Of a stretch of DNA of 64,000 nt, positions 1 to 12,637 are shown one piece after another. Under the pieces are notes generated by a model, which had not been told where the DNA came from, ran no database searches, and was given only the letters and a program-made list of their open reading frames with translations. The number at the start of each line of letters is the position of its first letter. The stretch's first letter is position 1. The stretch comes from Cladosporium halotolerans (lineage: Eukaryota). A program made the position numbers and the translations under genes. Where the stretch lies: the NCBI RefSeq assembly GCF_011745625.1, contig NW_027191480.1, forward strand, positions 1 through 64,000, given 5' to 3'.

Positions 1-1200
1 GATTCAATCTCTTCAAGGTGGACGTAGACTTTTAGACGTAAACAGAGTGTTGCCCTTTAGGTGCTTAGCGCCGGGCGGAATAAAGTTCATCATCATCATA
101 AGTCGAGTCTGGAACAAGCAAATTCACTTAGGACTTGTAGCCGCAGTAACTGCAGACGGCATTCTCTCGCTAATATCGAGTCTCTTGTTGACTGCAGATA
201 CCACGCTAACGCCAGGAACGTCCGTCGTTGAAACCACCTAACATCACTGGACGAGGATACTCTGGCAATTGTACAATGATACAATGCGCTGCTAGTGAAG
301 ACCCTGGTTACTAGCGTCTGGCTTGCTACAAGTTGAGCAATCGCTCATCTAATAATGAGAGATATCGGCTCGGCAGGCGAGACGAAGGAAGATTCATCGC
401 GCCTCAGGTCATCCTACAAGTCCCCACCATGCTTATGGAAACACACAATCGATTCACGTCGTTATCTGGTATCAGGTCTTGAAAGATATTCAGACAACTC
501 TAGGTCGGTTCTCTCTGGGTTTCAACAAATATTGAGGCCCGCACAGGAGCTCAGCGAGCTTTTAGACCGATGAAAGTAGGTTTTGCAAACAGTGACCAAA
601 GGGTCTTCTATACATGTAGGGAGACTTTCTGGACTTCAGGCCCACCTGGACCCGCATTGCGCTGCTTCTGTAGCGATGGGACCAGCTTTGTCATGGTCAA
701 GGCTCGTACTGATCGATTCATCGCTTCTACCTGATGTCTGATACCCAAATGATTGGAGGAAATTGGCCCAAGCTATTATTACGGATGCATACCCAGGCAT
801 GTACCGTGCCGTAACCTTCTGTGCGTTTCCGCAGTGATGACTCCATAACAATGTGGGGTAAATACGTACATTCGAGAGCCTGGACTTCGACCCGTACCTG
901 CCCAGGGACGAATCCATTCATCTTAGCGTCGCAAAGAGGCGATAGAAGACTTCGAGGCTATGACTTCGCTTGCACCGCTCGTGTGCGGCCGCCGATAAGC
1001 AGAATAGTCTGGTGATAGGAGGTGGAAGGAGGAGAATGCCCAGGCCAAGACCGCCGCATTCTTGGCCTGCGAACCTGAACAGGAAGGAGCTCTTCCATGG
1101 CGACCAGAAACCTGTGTTGCGCATATCAGATGTCTATACGACCTTCTTGGAGCAGGGTAGCTCCTTCATGCTGCTGTGCGTTGAGCTTCGGCCAGTGCGA

Positions 1201-1207
1201 TATAAAG
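1201..1207 (+). promoter_or_regulatory. Probable TATA box of the carboxypeptidase gene
   Basis: TATAAAG 83 bp upstream of the ATG at 1284. Confidence 0.45.
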
Positions 1208-1283
1208 GCTAGCATGCAGGTACAACTCGCTGCCTTGCGTCCCACCCCGCCGCGCTGCTACGCTCTACGTTAATACTGCCATC

Positions 1284-2750
1284 ATGAAGGTCTCTACGCT
1301 TGTCGGTCTGCTCCCAACGGCTGCTGTTGCAGCTCAACTTTCGAGTGTTGCATTTTTCGCGAAGGAGAAGAACCAGCTCCTAGACTTCGTCTCTGCCAAT
1401 GCTGAACTCGACTATGGCTGCCGGCCGGTGGTCATGCCCACAAACAATGAGCACAAGCTTCACGCAATGCTCTCGGAAGAGCAATTGCAGCATTTCAAGA
1501 GAAGTCTCGACGCAGGCGCCATTCGCATCGAGGCCCTAGACCACATCAACAAGCGACAAGCCGCCACCGCCCCCATTGGCAAAGGCGATCGCTTCAATGG
1601 TGGCAAAGTTGCCCCTCGAGGACTGGGAACCCGGGCGCCGGAGGAATACGCTCAGTTTGAGACCGCTGGAATTTTGAACGCCGACGAGGTCTACACTGCC
1701 ATGAAGGGCCTAGAGAAGGAGTACGGCATGACTCTCTTCACCGCTCCTCACAAGACTTTCGAAGGCAACATCGTCGTCGGTGGCGTGGCCAACAAAGCCC
1801 AGAAGATCCGCAACGACAAGCAATACATCTACTTCACCTCCGGCATCCACGCCCGCGAGCGGGGCGGTCCAGACAACCTGATCTACTTCATCTCTGACCT
1901 CCTTTGGGCCAACAAGCACCGCAAAGGCCTCACCTACGGCAACAAAGTCTACACCAACTCGGACGTCAAGAAAGCCCTCGGCTCCGGCATCGTCTTCATC
2001 CCGCTCACCAACCCCGACGGCGTCCGCCACGACCAAGCAAACAGCAACCTCTGGCGCAAGAACCGCAACCCCGCCAGCTCGCGCCCCGGCGTCCCCGCCA
2101 GCGTCGGCGTCGACCTGAACCGCAACTTCGACTTCCTCTGGAACTACACCCTCCACTTCGACCCCTCCGTCTCGCCCGCCTCCAACAACCCCAGCTCCGC
2201 CGCCTTCTACGGCACCGCGCCCTTCTCCGAGCCCGAAACGCAGAACATGGCCTGGGTCTACGACCTCTTCCCGCAGATCCGCTGGTTCATCGACGTGCAC
2301 TCCGCCGCCGGCACGCTGCTGTACAGCTGGGGCGACGACGTCAACCAGTCCGAGGACCCGGAGCAGAACCTCTTCAACGCGGCGTACGACGGCGTGCGCG
2401 GCGTCGTCGAAGACGACCTCTACCGCGAGTACCTCAGCGCGCAGGACTGGTTCAACGCCGAGTCGCAGGCGAACGCGACGACGGCGGCCATGGAGGCCGT
2501 GGGCGGCAGGGAGTACGTGCCGCAGCAGGCGGTCGGGTTGTACCCCACGAGTGGCGCTTCGGACGATTGGGCTTCGAGCAGGTGGCATGGGGACAAGAGC
2601 CTCAATAAGGTCTACGGGTATACGATGGAGTTTGGGTATTCGACGAACTTCTATCCGACGGCTGAGGAGTATGTGCAGAATATTGTTGACACCAACGCTG
2701 GGTTCATGGAGTTTATCTTGAATGCCAACAAGATTGGTCTCAAGGGCTAA
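1284..2750 (+). CDS. Secreted M14-family zinc metallocarboxypeptidase (preproprotein), 488 aa, single exon
   Basis: Signal-peptide-like N-terminus, KR after the pro-region, and M14 motifs GIHARE, WRKNR, GVDLNRNF, DVHS and YTMEFG. Strong C-ending codon bias. Confidence 0.93.
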   Translation: MKVSTLVGLLPTAAVAAQLSSVAFFAKEKNQLLDFVSANAELDYGCRPVVMPTNNEHKLHAMLSEEQLQHFKRSLDAGAIRIEALDHINKRQAATAPIGKGDRFNGGKVAPRGLGTRAPEEYAQFETAGILNADEVYTAMKGLEKEYGMTLFTAPHKTFEGNIVVGGVANKAQKIRNDKQYIYFTSGIHARERGGPDNLIYFISDLLWANKHRKGLTYGNKVYTNSDVKKALGSGIVFIPLTNPDGVRHDQANSNLWRKNRNPASSRPGVPASVGVDLNRNFDFLWNYTLHFDPSVSPASNNPSSAAFYGTAPFSEPETQNMAWVYDLFPQIRWFIDVHSAAGTLLYSWGDDVNQSEDPEQNLFNAAYDGVRGVVEDDLYREYLSAQDWFNAESQANATTAAMEAVGGREYVPQQAVGLYPTSGASDDWASSRWHGDKSLNKVYGYTMEFGYSTNFYPTAEEYVQNIVDTNAGFMEFILNANKIGLKG

Positions 2751-2962
2751 GGTGGATAGAAGGAATTTGTGGCTTGCGAGCTATATCACGCCATCAAAAT
2801 TCTCTACGAAAGACAGAAAATTGCGAAAAGGTCGCAGTACCAGAACTGGTGAAATAGCGAAAAACGAAGTGCAATCCCTCAGGCTCGGCACCCATGAACA
2901 TGTTTACATTCCATTCCATTCGTCACTTGTATCCAGTCCACACATCACACATCACCCATAGT

Positions 2963-5900
2963 CTAATAAACGCCCTTCCTTTCCTCCCACGCCGGCTGTG
3001 GCGCCGGCTCAATCGCCCCAAAACCACTCTGCACCACCGGCCCAGAGACAAGACTGAGCGAGTCGACCTTGACGCCCTCCTCCTCCTGCGACCACAGGCT
3101 GACCGCGACAAAGTTCTTGCCCTGGTAGTTCCACACGCCCTCGGGCACGGGGTAGACGTCCTGCGGGCCGACGTTGTGCACGTACTTGCCGAACTGGTAG
3201 CCGTTGACGAACAGCTGGGCGCGGTAAGCGGCGGGGCGCGCGGTGCCGTTGGCGAAAGTGTAGGTTTCCTGCTGCGCGGAAGAAGAGGAGGAGTTGGCCG
3301 TGGCGTTGGAGAAGGAGAAGGCGAGCGGGATGTCGTAGCCGGCGGGGAAGTCGAGGTCGAAGGAAGTCGTGTAGAAGGCGATGCCCGGGCCTTCGAGGCC
3401 CTCCTGGGGGCCGGCGCTGGATTTCCAGGACGAGGTGGGAGGGGAGGGCAGGTGGTAGCCGGCGCGCTCGGCGAAGAGGCCGCCTTCGTTGAGGGGGCCG
3501 CGGGCGTGGTCGGCGTAGGATTCGCCGCCGAGGTTGCCGGTGAGCTTCCAGGTGATGTCGGACTTGGGGTGGCCGGCGAGGTCGTAGTCGATGACGCCGC
3601 GGGGGAGCTTCATTTCGTCGGCGCCGACGTCGTAGTTCTCGTTCAGGCTGTTGTTGTCGACGACGACGGTGATGACGTAGGAGCTGCCGGAGGTGAGGTT
3701 GCTGGGCAGATCGTAGGTCTGGTTGTAAGTTGGCAGGACGTCTTCGCCGGTGAAGGAGCCGATGTAGGTCTCGTTCAGCCAGATGGAGTGACCGTACGCT
3801 GCACCTCCGTATGTGGAGATGTAGAGGCTAGACTCTCCGCCCTTGGCGGTGAAGTGGCCACGGTAGAGCAGGATGCCGGTGTGGAAGCCGTAGTCGCTCG
3901 AGTAGAGCGAGGTAGGAGTAGTCAGGTTGCGCACGGTATTGTTGGTGGTAGTGTGGTCCGCAACGACCCACTCGAAATCATCGTAAGAAGGCTTGATCTC
4001 AGGCAAGGTGTCCAGGACCTTCCAGTCGGCCTTGGAGAGATCCGGCACTGTGAAGTCAGGCTGTTCAAACTCAGCCTTGGCGACAATTGTGCCGGTCTTG
4101 CTGGTCTCTAACTTGAGATCCTTGCCGTTAAACGTCAGTCCGTTGCAGCTATCAGATCCACCAATGACTTCAACGGTGGAAGTAGCGTTCAGGTCGCCGG
4201 TGAGGTGGATCTTGTTGTTAGAGGCAGAGACAGTGCGAAGAAGGTAATCGGTCCTGACGATGGGAGCAGAGGTCAGATGAGCCGGGTTGGTGTAGTTGCC
4301 GAAAGTGTCATCGCTGGGAAGATCGACGACCCAGTAGTTGTACGCGGAGTTGCGGTCTGTGGCGCTCAGTCAGTAAACGGTACAGATCAAAACTCGACGG
4401 GGATTCACTTACCAAGAACATAAACATAAAGCCCGTTCTCAAGCTTAACAACCCTGCGCTCCTCGCTGGTAGCAAAGTGCAAGATCGTCACGCCATCAGC
4501 AGTCTTGGACTTCACGTCACCGCCCTCGACGACATCAGCCTTGCCACAGTTCGAAAGCGCAAGCTCATGCTCCTCGTTCGGACCTCCATAAACAACAAGC
4601 ACCCTCTTGTCGCCGTACTTCTTCCACGTGAAGATCTCCGCGGTCGAGTACAGCAGGTTGACGCCGCCGACATCGTAGTCGGTGACGTGGAACTTGGAGT
4701 CGCGGCCGTTGAGAGATAGCTGGCCGCCGAGCTGGGGAATGGAGATGTTGCCCTTGCTGGTGGGGAGGGTGATCTTGTAGTCGGTGTTCTCGAGGGAGTT
4801 GAAAGCGGCGTGCCTGATGACGAAGAACTTGGTGGTGTTGCTGTAGAGGGCGGTGACGGCGAGGTCCGGGTTTCCGGTGTAGCTTCCGTTAATGTTGGTG
4901 CTGTTCTGGTACTCGGCGGTGAGGTAGGCGGGGGATGCTTGGATGAAGTTGGCCTCAAGCTTGGCTTCGCTGTATTTCTCGCGGTTGACGAGGCGCTCTT
5001 CGCTAATGACGGCCGCGTAGTCGTAGCTGGTGTAGCCGCCGGGGTGGCCGAGGTTGCCCCCTGTCAGGAGTGTTAGCTTGTGCTCGCAGTAGCGATCCAA
5101 TGAGGGATTTCTTTTTCTTTTTCACTTACAGTTGGTACCACCGTAAGTCATGTAGATGTTCAGAATAGCAACGCCCTGGGCGAAGTCATTTTTGTCTGTG
5201 CAACCCATCAGCAAACGAATTCCGGACATATTCATGAAGTATTGTACTCACAGAATACACGCTCGAACTCATAGTTGACCAACTCCTGACACTGAGCGAA
5301 ACCCCAGCCACCCCAAGGATCGAAGCTACCGCCCTGAAACTCCAGCAGAGAAAACGGCGTGCCAGCGCCATAAGCAGCGTGGGAATCAGCATAGCCCGTG
5401 GGCAGGGCCTCGTCGGGCCAAGTCTGGGGGTTGGCGCAGTCGAAGCCTGTTCGTCGATTCACGTTAGCCAACCACGCTCTCATCTCGCACCATACATCGA
5501 CAGGGCCACTCACCAAGCGGATATCCATCGAACCCGTAAATATCGATGTCGGCCTTGGTCTCCGGCGTCACGTAGCCCTTGGCGCTAGCTTCGTTGTTGA
5601 TCAACGGGACGACAATCCCGGCCTTGCGCAACTGCTCCTCGACATAGATGAAATAGTCCTGATCGGGCTCCTCGCCATTATCGAAACTCGTGTACTCGTT
5701 CTCGGGCTGCACGAGGATGACCGGGCCCCCGTTGGTGATCTGCGCATCGGCAATGATCTTGCCGATGCCCTGCATGTACACCTCGGTGGCATCGAGGTAG
5801 CTCTGGTCCTTGGTGCGCAGCGTCCCAGGAACGCGCTGCAGCCGGCCCGGGAAGCCGCCACCGGAGACTTCAGCGTTGATGTAGGGGCCCGGACGGGCGA

Positions 5901-6297
5901 TCAGGTAAATGCCCGCTTCGGCGGCGGCGTCGAAGAACTTCTCGTACCCGAAGATGCCCTCGGCAGAAAACTCGCCGGGCGTGCCCTCGTGCAGGGCCCA
6001 GTGGGTGTAGAAGGAGACGCAGTTGTAGCCGAGGGCCTTGATCTTCTGGAAGACGTCGAGCCAGAGGGCGGGCACGGGCAGGCGGAAGGGGTGGAATTCG
6101 CCGGAGAAGAGCATGACGCGCTCGCCGTGGATGAGGAGCGAGTGCTCGTCCCACGTCACGATGTCCTGGAGGGGCTCGCCGCGCGGGTAGGGTTTGAGGA
6201 AGCTCTGGGGCTTGCCGGCGAGGGCGCGGGCGGAGGCGGTTTGGCTGAGGGTGGCGAGGGAGAGCAAGGCTCCCTGGAGGAGCTTGCGGAGGAGCAT
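2963..6297 (-). CDS. lacA: Secreted GH35 beta-galactosidase (LacA type), ~1028 aa; exons 6297-5514, 5446-5252, 5195-5130, 5060-4413, 4356-2963
   Basis: Motifs [46 protein letters not shown] and [12 protein letters not shown]. Four GT-AG introns with branch sites join the ORF pieces in frame (3087 nt). Confidence 0.93.
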
Positions 6298-7376
6298 GGT
6301 TGCTGCTGCTGCTCTTCCTTTCTCCTGTCTGAAGGGAAGCGACAAGGAATAGACAGACAAGAAACGGCAAGAGGCGGACCCAAGCACTGCTAAGCATTGG
6401 GTATTTAAGCCACCCTCTGCTCCTCACCTCTTGGCTCTGCCCTCGAGAACTACATTAGCGCGTCCCCGCTCCAATGCTCGCTACAGCAGTGTCCGAGCAC
6501 GAACGACATGGCCACATGGAGAGGAATAACCGGCGCGCCGAACTCTGGTAGAATAGACCGTAGCGAACTTGGGAAGACCGGCACGGCGTATGATGTCAGC
6601 AGAACGGAGGAATTCACTTCTCCAGACGTGGGAAGCGTGGAGTTCGCGTGCGGGGAAGCCAGGAACGTAGGGAAGTCTCCTCCACATCGCGAGCGCCGAT
6701 CGCGATGCTGGACGGGGGAGCCGCACGATTCCGGGCGAGGGCTCGGATACTGGTTTGCTCTTCGATTGCCGCATCGAGCGATAGTGGTGCAGATTGTTGA
6801 TTTGAAAGACTCGGCAAGTGGAGGGTTCGGATGGCACCTCGTGGGAGATCGAGCAAAAGCAGAAGGTCGGACAGAAGATCGTCATACAACATTGCACAGT
6901 AGGAGTAAGCGAGGTCCTGTCAAAGCCAGGTTATTCGGAAAAAGCGCCGCGGCTCGACAAAAGGTTTCTTTTTGGTTCGTACGTATTCGCCCAGAGTAAT
7001 CCACCTCGTGTTAAAACATTAAGAGAGCCGCCTTTCGTTCGCCGTCTCGGATTGTAGTATTGCCGATTAGACATATTCCTATCCGTGTCCTAAGGCGCTT
7101 CTCAATTAGAAAGGAAAAGATAAAATCAAAATGCCTTGTACAAAATGCTTCCCATGCGTCAAAGTCGTCAAAGGGATCAAAAAGCCGCGGTGTGGTAGCA
7201 CAGCAATCGCTGTGCTGAAGAGGCAGAAGCCGAAAAAAATTGGGTTGCCGACGCTTCGGTACCCCAGAAACCCGCCAGAAGATGTGATGCGCGCATGTTC
7301 CGGTATGCTGCGTTGCGGATCGTTGCAATGAAAAGCTTTGTTCGCGCCGAATAACTTTCTCCACCTGACTCAAACA

Positions 7377-10372
7377 TCAACCAGTGCCCCCCTCCCCACC
7401 CTGCCAAACCATGCTCAGCCAGTTGGGCCCGGAACTCCGTTCAGAAGCCATCAAAGCCCACTCGCCCATTTCACCACCGTCGACGAAAGCCGCAACATCA
7501 TCGCCGCTAAGCCCGGTGTTGATAGAAGTCAGCCAAGCCTCCTTCGCCACCGGATCGAAGATCTGTGACGCCTCAGGCATTTGTTGGGGCGGGCCCATGG
7601 GCTGTGCCTGCTGCGAGCCGGGAGTCGGGTAGGCCTGCATTGCATTGAAAGGCGTGGTGGAGTGCGGGTGTTGGTGAAAGCCGTAGCCGGGTCCGGGGGG
7701 TTGCATGTTGTAGGCTGCGTTCTGAGGGGTCCAGGAGTTGTACGGCGGGTGCTGCTGGTGAGTGAAAGATGGCGAATGGTGGGAGGAGGGTGGAGCAGTC
7801 CTAGAATCTGGGGATGCGTGAGATGGCATGCCACCTGTCGGAGGCATCCCGCTGTCTTGATGCTGGTAGATCGGGCGAAAGTTGCTGAGTTGTGGTTGCT
7901 GGTTGTATGAGGCCGGAGGAGCCGATTGCGCGTATGTTGGCGCATGGGCGGGAATCGTTTCGTAGCTGCGCCACGCTCCGTTCGAAGTAGGAGCTGAAGT
8001 CGGAGTCTGTCTTCCAGCGCCCGGTGCTGCGTTAATGGCGTTCCAAGGGCCGTCTTGTCTGCTCTGATCATGATGACGGTCGCCTTCTTCGCTTTTGACG
8101 GTGGTGCCTGAGATGCTGTTGTCATCGTAGATGGCTTCCAGCGTCTTATTGGTGTGCTGGACGTCCGTCATCTCAATATCCTCGTCGTCAAGATTGCCGA
8201 ACTCTTTCAAAATCCGCTCCAGGAGCTTATACTCGTCCAATCCACCACCGCCGCCGCCTTCGCGAAGACTCAGCTGCCTCGAAGACTCGGGACTACCTCC
8301 GCTCTCCGAGTTCGACTCGTTTGCCGCCTGCACGTTCTTGCGAAAGTCCTTCGTCATCCGGCGAAGGTATTGGTACATCTTCTTGATGGTCTTGAACCAG
8401 CCATCAGCCATATACAATCTCGGTCGCATCTGGCCGATGATCTCGAGCGCCTTGCGCGCGGCTTCGGAGCCCTTGCTGTCATCGGGAGCAACAGTTTTTC
8501 CCTTGGAGCCAGGCACCGTCTTGGTGCACATGTATCCATCGGGGTCCATCCAGGGAAAGTTAATGCAATAGACGCCGACGAAAGCGACGGTGTAGATTGC
8601 GAAACCGATGATCGGCGTCTCAACGAGGACGTTCCACTCCTGACACGTGCGCACCAGATCCATGATTTCGCGCGCAGACTTAAAACATTGACGAGCGCTG
8701 TCTGTCCAGAAGCCGGGCGGTACGTCGTATTTGTCGGGAGAAAAGAGAGGCGGATCCAGAGGACCCTCGGGCTTCTTGCATCGCAGAGGGATGAAAGGAA
8801 CATACTCTCGGTGCAGCATGATCTGGCAGAGGAGGTATACCGTGTGCATTAGTGTGTAGGGCGTCTGCTCTTGCATGCTAATGTGAGATTGCGTGTTCTG
8901 GTGCGTCAGAGCGACGTTCTTGGGAAGGCTGTTTTTGAAGTCCTGGCAGGCGTGCACCAACTTATAGTGCTCGGAGCGCGCGTCCCATGGTGGCCAGATT
9001 TCTTTCCTAGAGGGATATCAGCGGAGATCGAGAGAAGCGAATTGGAAAATACAAACCTTCTTCCGCCAGCGCACGACCATTGCACGACTTTCCCATAAAT
9101 CTCCAGAATCTTCATGTACCGACTCACAAGCCCTTCATCGTCACCAACTTGAAGTATTCCCTTGTCGTTCTCCTTCTCTTTCTCGCTCATGCTGCTGGGC
9201 GAAGCGGCTGCTGCTTCTGCCTGGTGACCAGCACCCAGCATTGCTTGACGATCGTGCTGGACCTTCGCGCGCGTAATGCCTAGTCCACATTGGTCGCCGA
9301 GCATCAAAGTCCGCACCTTGTCCCCGAACGCAAAAGTCCGGTCACTGGCTGGGAGCTGCGTTCGTAGCTGGGGCGCGGAAAGCATCTGCGGTCGATACTT
9401 GCCGCTACTCAAGTACCTATCCATGGCGTAACAGCTCCAGAACGTCCGCCGCCGAATTTCCTGAGCAACGTTCCTCTCGTTCTCGCTGAGCGGAGCGCTG
9501 GATGGCTCCTGGCGGTCGCGGATTCCCATCCGTTCCGCCTCTGAGTCCAGAGCAAAAGAGCGGGAGTTCGGCTCGTCGTCCAAGTCCTGTTCGTACTGAA
9601 GTCCGATGGACTGCGCGGCCCTGATGCACATGCCGACGCGCATCCACGCTCTGTGTCCGCGACACATGCCCCAATCGTGCAAACCTATCATCAGTCCAGC
9701 TTGAATTCCGTCGATTGTGGTATTTTGGTTGTCGTGCTCGGACCATAGCGTCGTCTGCTTGTCGCTCGCGCAGGTCGCGTAGTATTCGGACGCCATCAAC
9801 GGGTTGCTGGGCCGCGAGGCAGTCGGGGGCGAATGATTTGCGACCAGACGAGGGTGGAACCGTGCCGTCAAAGCCAGGAAGGCTAGGAGAAAATAATCTG
9901 AGCCCGGAGGTCGAGCAGCAGAGGCGTCAGACGCAGATACGGAGCTTCCGGGCGGCGGAGCTGTGGTGTTTCGCAGCGGCTTGAGAAATGAGGCTTTGTG
10001 AAGGAACGGCAAGTCAGCAGAGTAGTGCATCTGGAAGATGTCAAACAGCTCTTTCCAGACATTGGGCGTCAAAATCCGCGGGTCGAGATAATCCAACGTC
10101 GGCCGAGGGCTTTCGAGAGATCGCAAGCCCAGCGAGCTCCCACTGTAGCTCTGGACGCTCTTCCGTGGCTTAACCCGCCTGTCGGGGTCCACGGAGCCGT
10201 CCTGTCTGCCCGAGATGCTGCCCTCGCGGCGACGCGAGCCCGGGGCGGCGGGAGGCGGGTAATCGCAGTCCTTGCCTCCATGCTCGCAGGCTCTGCAGGT
10301 GGTGCCCACGTCGTTGTTGACGCACTTGACCTTGGAACGCCGGCAGCGTCTGCAGGCGATGCTGGAGCGCAT
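7377..10372 (-). CDS. Zn(II)2Cys6 fungal transcription factor with middle homology region, ~981 aa from the first ATG; exons 10372-9057, 9006-7377
   Basis: CRRCRRSKVKC-x8-CRAC-x6-C cluster and EIRRRTFWSCYAMDRYLS motif. Intron 9056-9007 (GTTTGT..CTGAT..TAG) restores the frame. The true start may lie further upstream. Confidence 0.88.
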
Positions 10373-10865
10373 CCGGCCTTGAGCCTGCCCGGGCGACTGC
10401 CCAGCAGCAACGCTGTGCGGTCCAGGCGCAGAAATCGTCGTGGTCCCCGGGCCTGTGGGAGTTTGCGGTGACTGGCAAGACTGCAGCAGGTAGTCGGCGA
10501 CGGAAGGTCGGGCGTGGTCGTGCTCCACGGTGGGCGAGGAGAGGCGGGATGTCACGAGCTGGAAGCTACCTGGACGCGGGTGCCGTGTGCTGTAGGCGTG
10601 GCGTTCGAGCAACAGCCCGCCAGATGTCAGGCAGCCAGGCAAGAGGCACGAGGCGGTATAGCAGAGCTGGGCAGGCGCAGGGCGTCGAGCGGCGAGCGCG
10701 CCTGCCGCGGTGTCAGCCAGCGGCAGCGGCGACGAGTCGTCCGGCGGGCACAGTCGAAGGCTGGAGGAGAGAGCGGCGCCCCGCGAACAAGTCTGGGCTC
10801 GCAGGAGGCGCGGGCGAGGGCGAGGGCGATGGCTGGATGCCTTGTGGCCCAGCGCGGCGTCAGGT

Positions 10866-10927
10866 CGAGGCCGCGTGCGAGGCGATACAGACGAGGCCGC
10901 GTGGGACGCGATACAGACGAGGCCGCG
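10866..10927. repeat. 26-bp tandem repeat (~2.4 copies)
   Basis: CGAGGCCGCG at 10866, 10892 and 10918, with GCGATACAGA shared between units. Confidence 0.75.
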
Positions 10928-12637
10928 GGCGCGGGTCAGGCAAGTAGGTGCTGGAGAGGAACAGGTCCAGGTCCCGGTCGGCCTCAGGTTGCGAACGGTT
11001 GCGAGGCCCAGCGATGCCGCTCCCGCAGCTCACAGCCCTAGGGCGGGCGCCGGGGCTGGCGCAACCGCCAGCAGAAGACGCCGGGCGCGCGAGTCCCGGA
11101 CGGCAGTGTGGGCTAAGTCGTGCTAGGCAGCGATTCTGCAGATTGACAATATTCGATCACGTACTCTGGCTGGCGCCCGGCAGCGCGGAGGATCGATCTC
11201 CGCCGGCGTGCGCGACGCTGAGTGGCCGAGATGAGGGCCGTGAGGGCGTCGCGGGCGTAGGCGGGAGGAGATCAAGATTCAGCCCGGTGGGGCGGGGGGA
11301 CGAACCTCTCGGCTCCTCAGATCAGACCCTCAACGTCGTCAGGCTCCGCCGCGGCTTTGCGCCTGTCGTGCGGCGCCGCGCGGATGTGCGCGTATGAGCG
11401 TGTATGTGTGTAGGTAGGTGCCGTGGAGGGTGTGCGCTGTGTGTAGGTATTTTATGCGCGCGGCGGGGCGGGCGTGCGCCTGTGTCGCCAGAGCTCGCGT
11501 GGGCGTCGTGTCACTGTGTCAGCACATGAGAGTCGACGAAGGGCGGCATAAATGCACGGCAGCACGGTGCCTCGTCTCCCCTCCCCTCCCCTCTGCGCGC
11601 AACCTGTCGCCTCCCCGCCCGCACTCAGGGCCACTCGCGGCTGTCTGGCGCGAACGTGCATGCCATCCCTCCGCCACGGCGCCCTCGCAGGCCCGGCGCG
11701 CGGGTTGGTGATGTCGAAAGCGGCTGCGTGGGCCGCCGATCCTGAGCCCATGGACGCCTGCGCCGGCCGGCCAAGAGCCCCCTCCGCGGAGGCCTGCATG
11801 AGGGGACGCTGGAGGCTGGCGCGGACGGGTCGTCATGGCGGTACGGCCAGCTCGCTGCTTCGCTCGCGGGCGGTTGAGTAAGGTAAGCCGCCCTTGATCG
11901 CCCCGGGAGCCGAGCGCGGCCTGCCGTTCTGCGGCTCTGTCGTGAAGAGATCGGGACCCGCGCAGCGCCCAAGCGCGCACACCTCGGACGCGGAGAAGCG
12001 AAACTCTCTTTCCAGGACCCGGGCCCGCCTCGGCAGCCGGCACCGGCGTCAGTGGCCAGTACACCACTACTGACGACGAGGCGCGCGCGCGCTCCACGAC
12101 TCCACGTCCACGCCATCCCGGGTGAAATTTCCTTGCGAAGGAAGGCGTGCTGTGCGACTGTTATGAGACGGGCTGGCGCGCGCCAGGCCTGATGGATGAT
12201 CGCCTTGGCGGCCGCGCCCGCCAGGTCAGTGGAGGTCGAGATAACCTCGCATCGCATGCTTCGTCACGCTGCCATACCTCGCACCCGCGTTCGGGCCGAC
12301 CGCCAGGCGCTTGGAACCGACGACGGCCACGCCTCCATTCCTTCACGCCGGGTTTTTCGTGGCAGGGAGCATTCTGCCGACCCGCGCGGCAAATGAGACG
12401 AATGAGAGGAGGGCGATCGAGTCCCTTGCTTCGAGAGCCACGGGTCTTTTCGGCCGCGTGCATTCACCAACGGTTGCCTTCAGCGTAACTTGTCAAATCA
12501 GTCATCGTGGTCGTTGTTCCGCTATCTACGCTCGTTGGATTTTTTTAAGGGGGCTCGAGTTTCAATGAAAGATCAATCAAATGGGGAATGCGTTTGCCTC
12601 GGAACATTCCTCCCTGCGGCTACATGTTTACTCCGCC

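Noticed and set aside
1710..6427. Long antisense and alternate-frame ORFs over the carboxypeptidase and GH35 genes (e.g. 1710-2588, 2894-4111, 5398-6393)
   Set aside because: Shadow ORFs caused by high GC at third codon positions; no motifs of their own
10468..12600. Dense cluster of 60-210 aa ORFs on both strands
   Set aside because: Arg/Ala/Gly/Pro-rich translations expected from very GC-rich non-coding DNA upstream of the transcription factor
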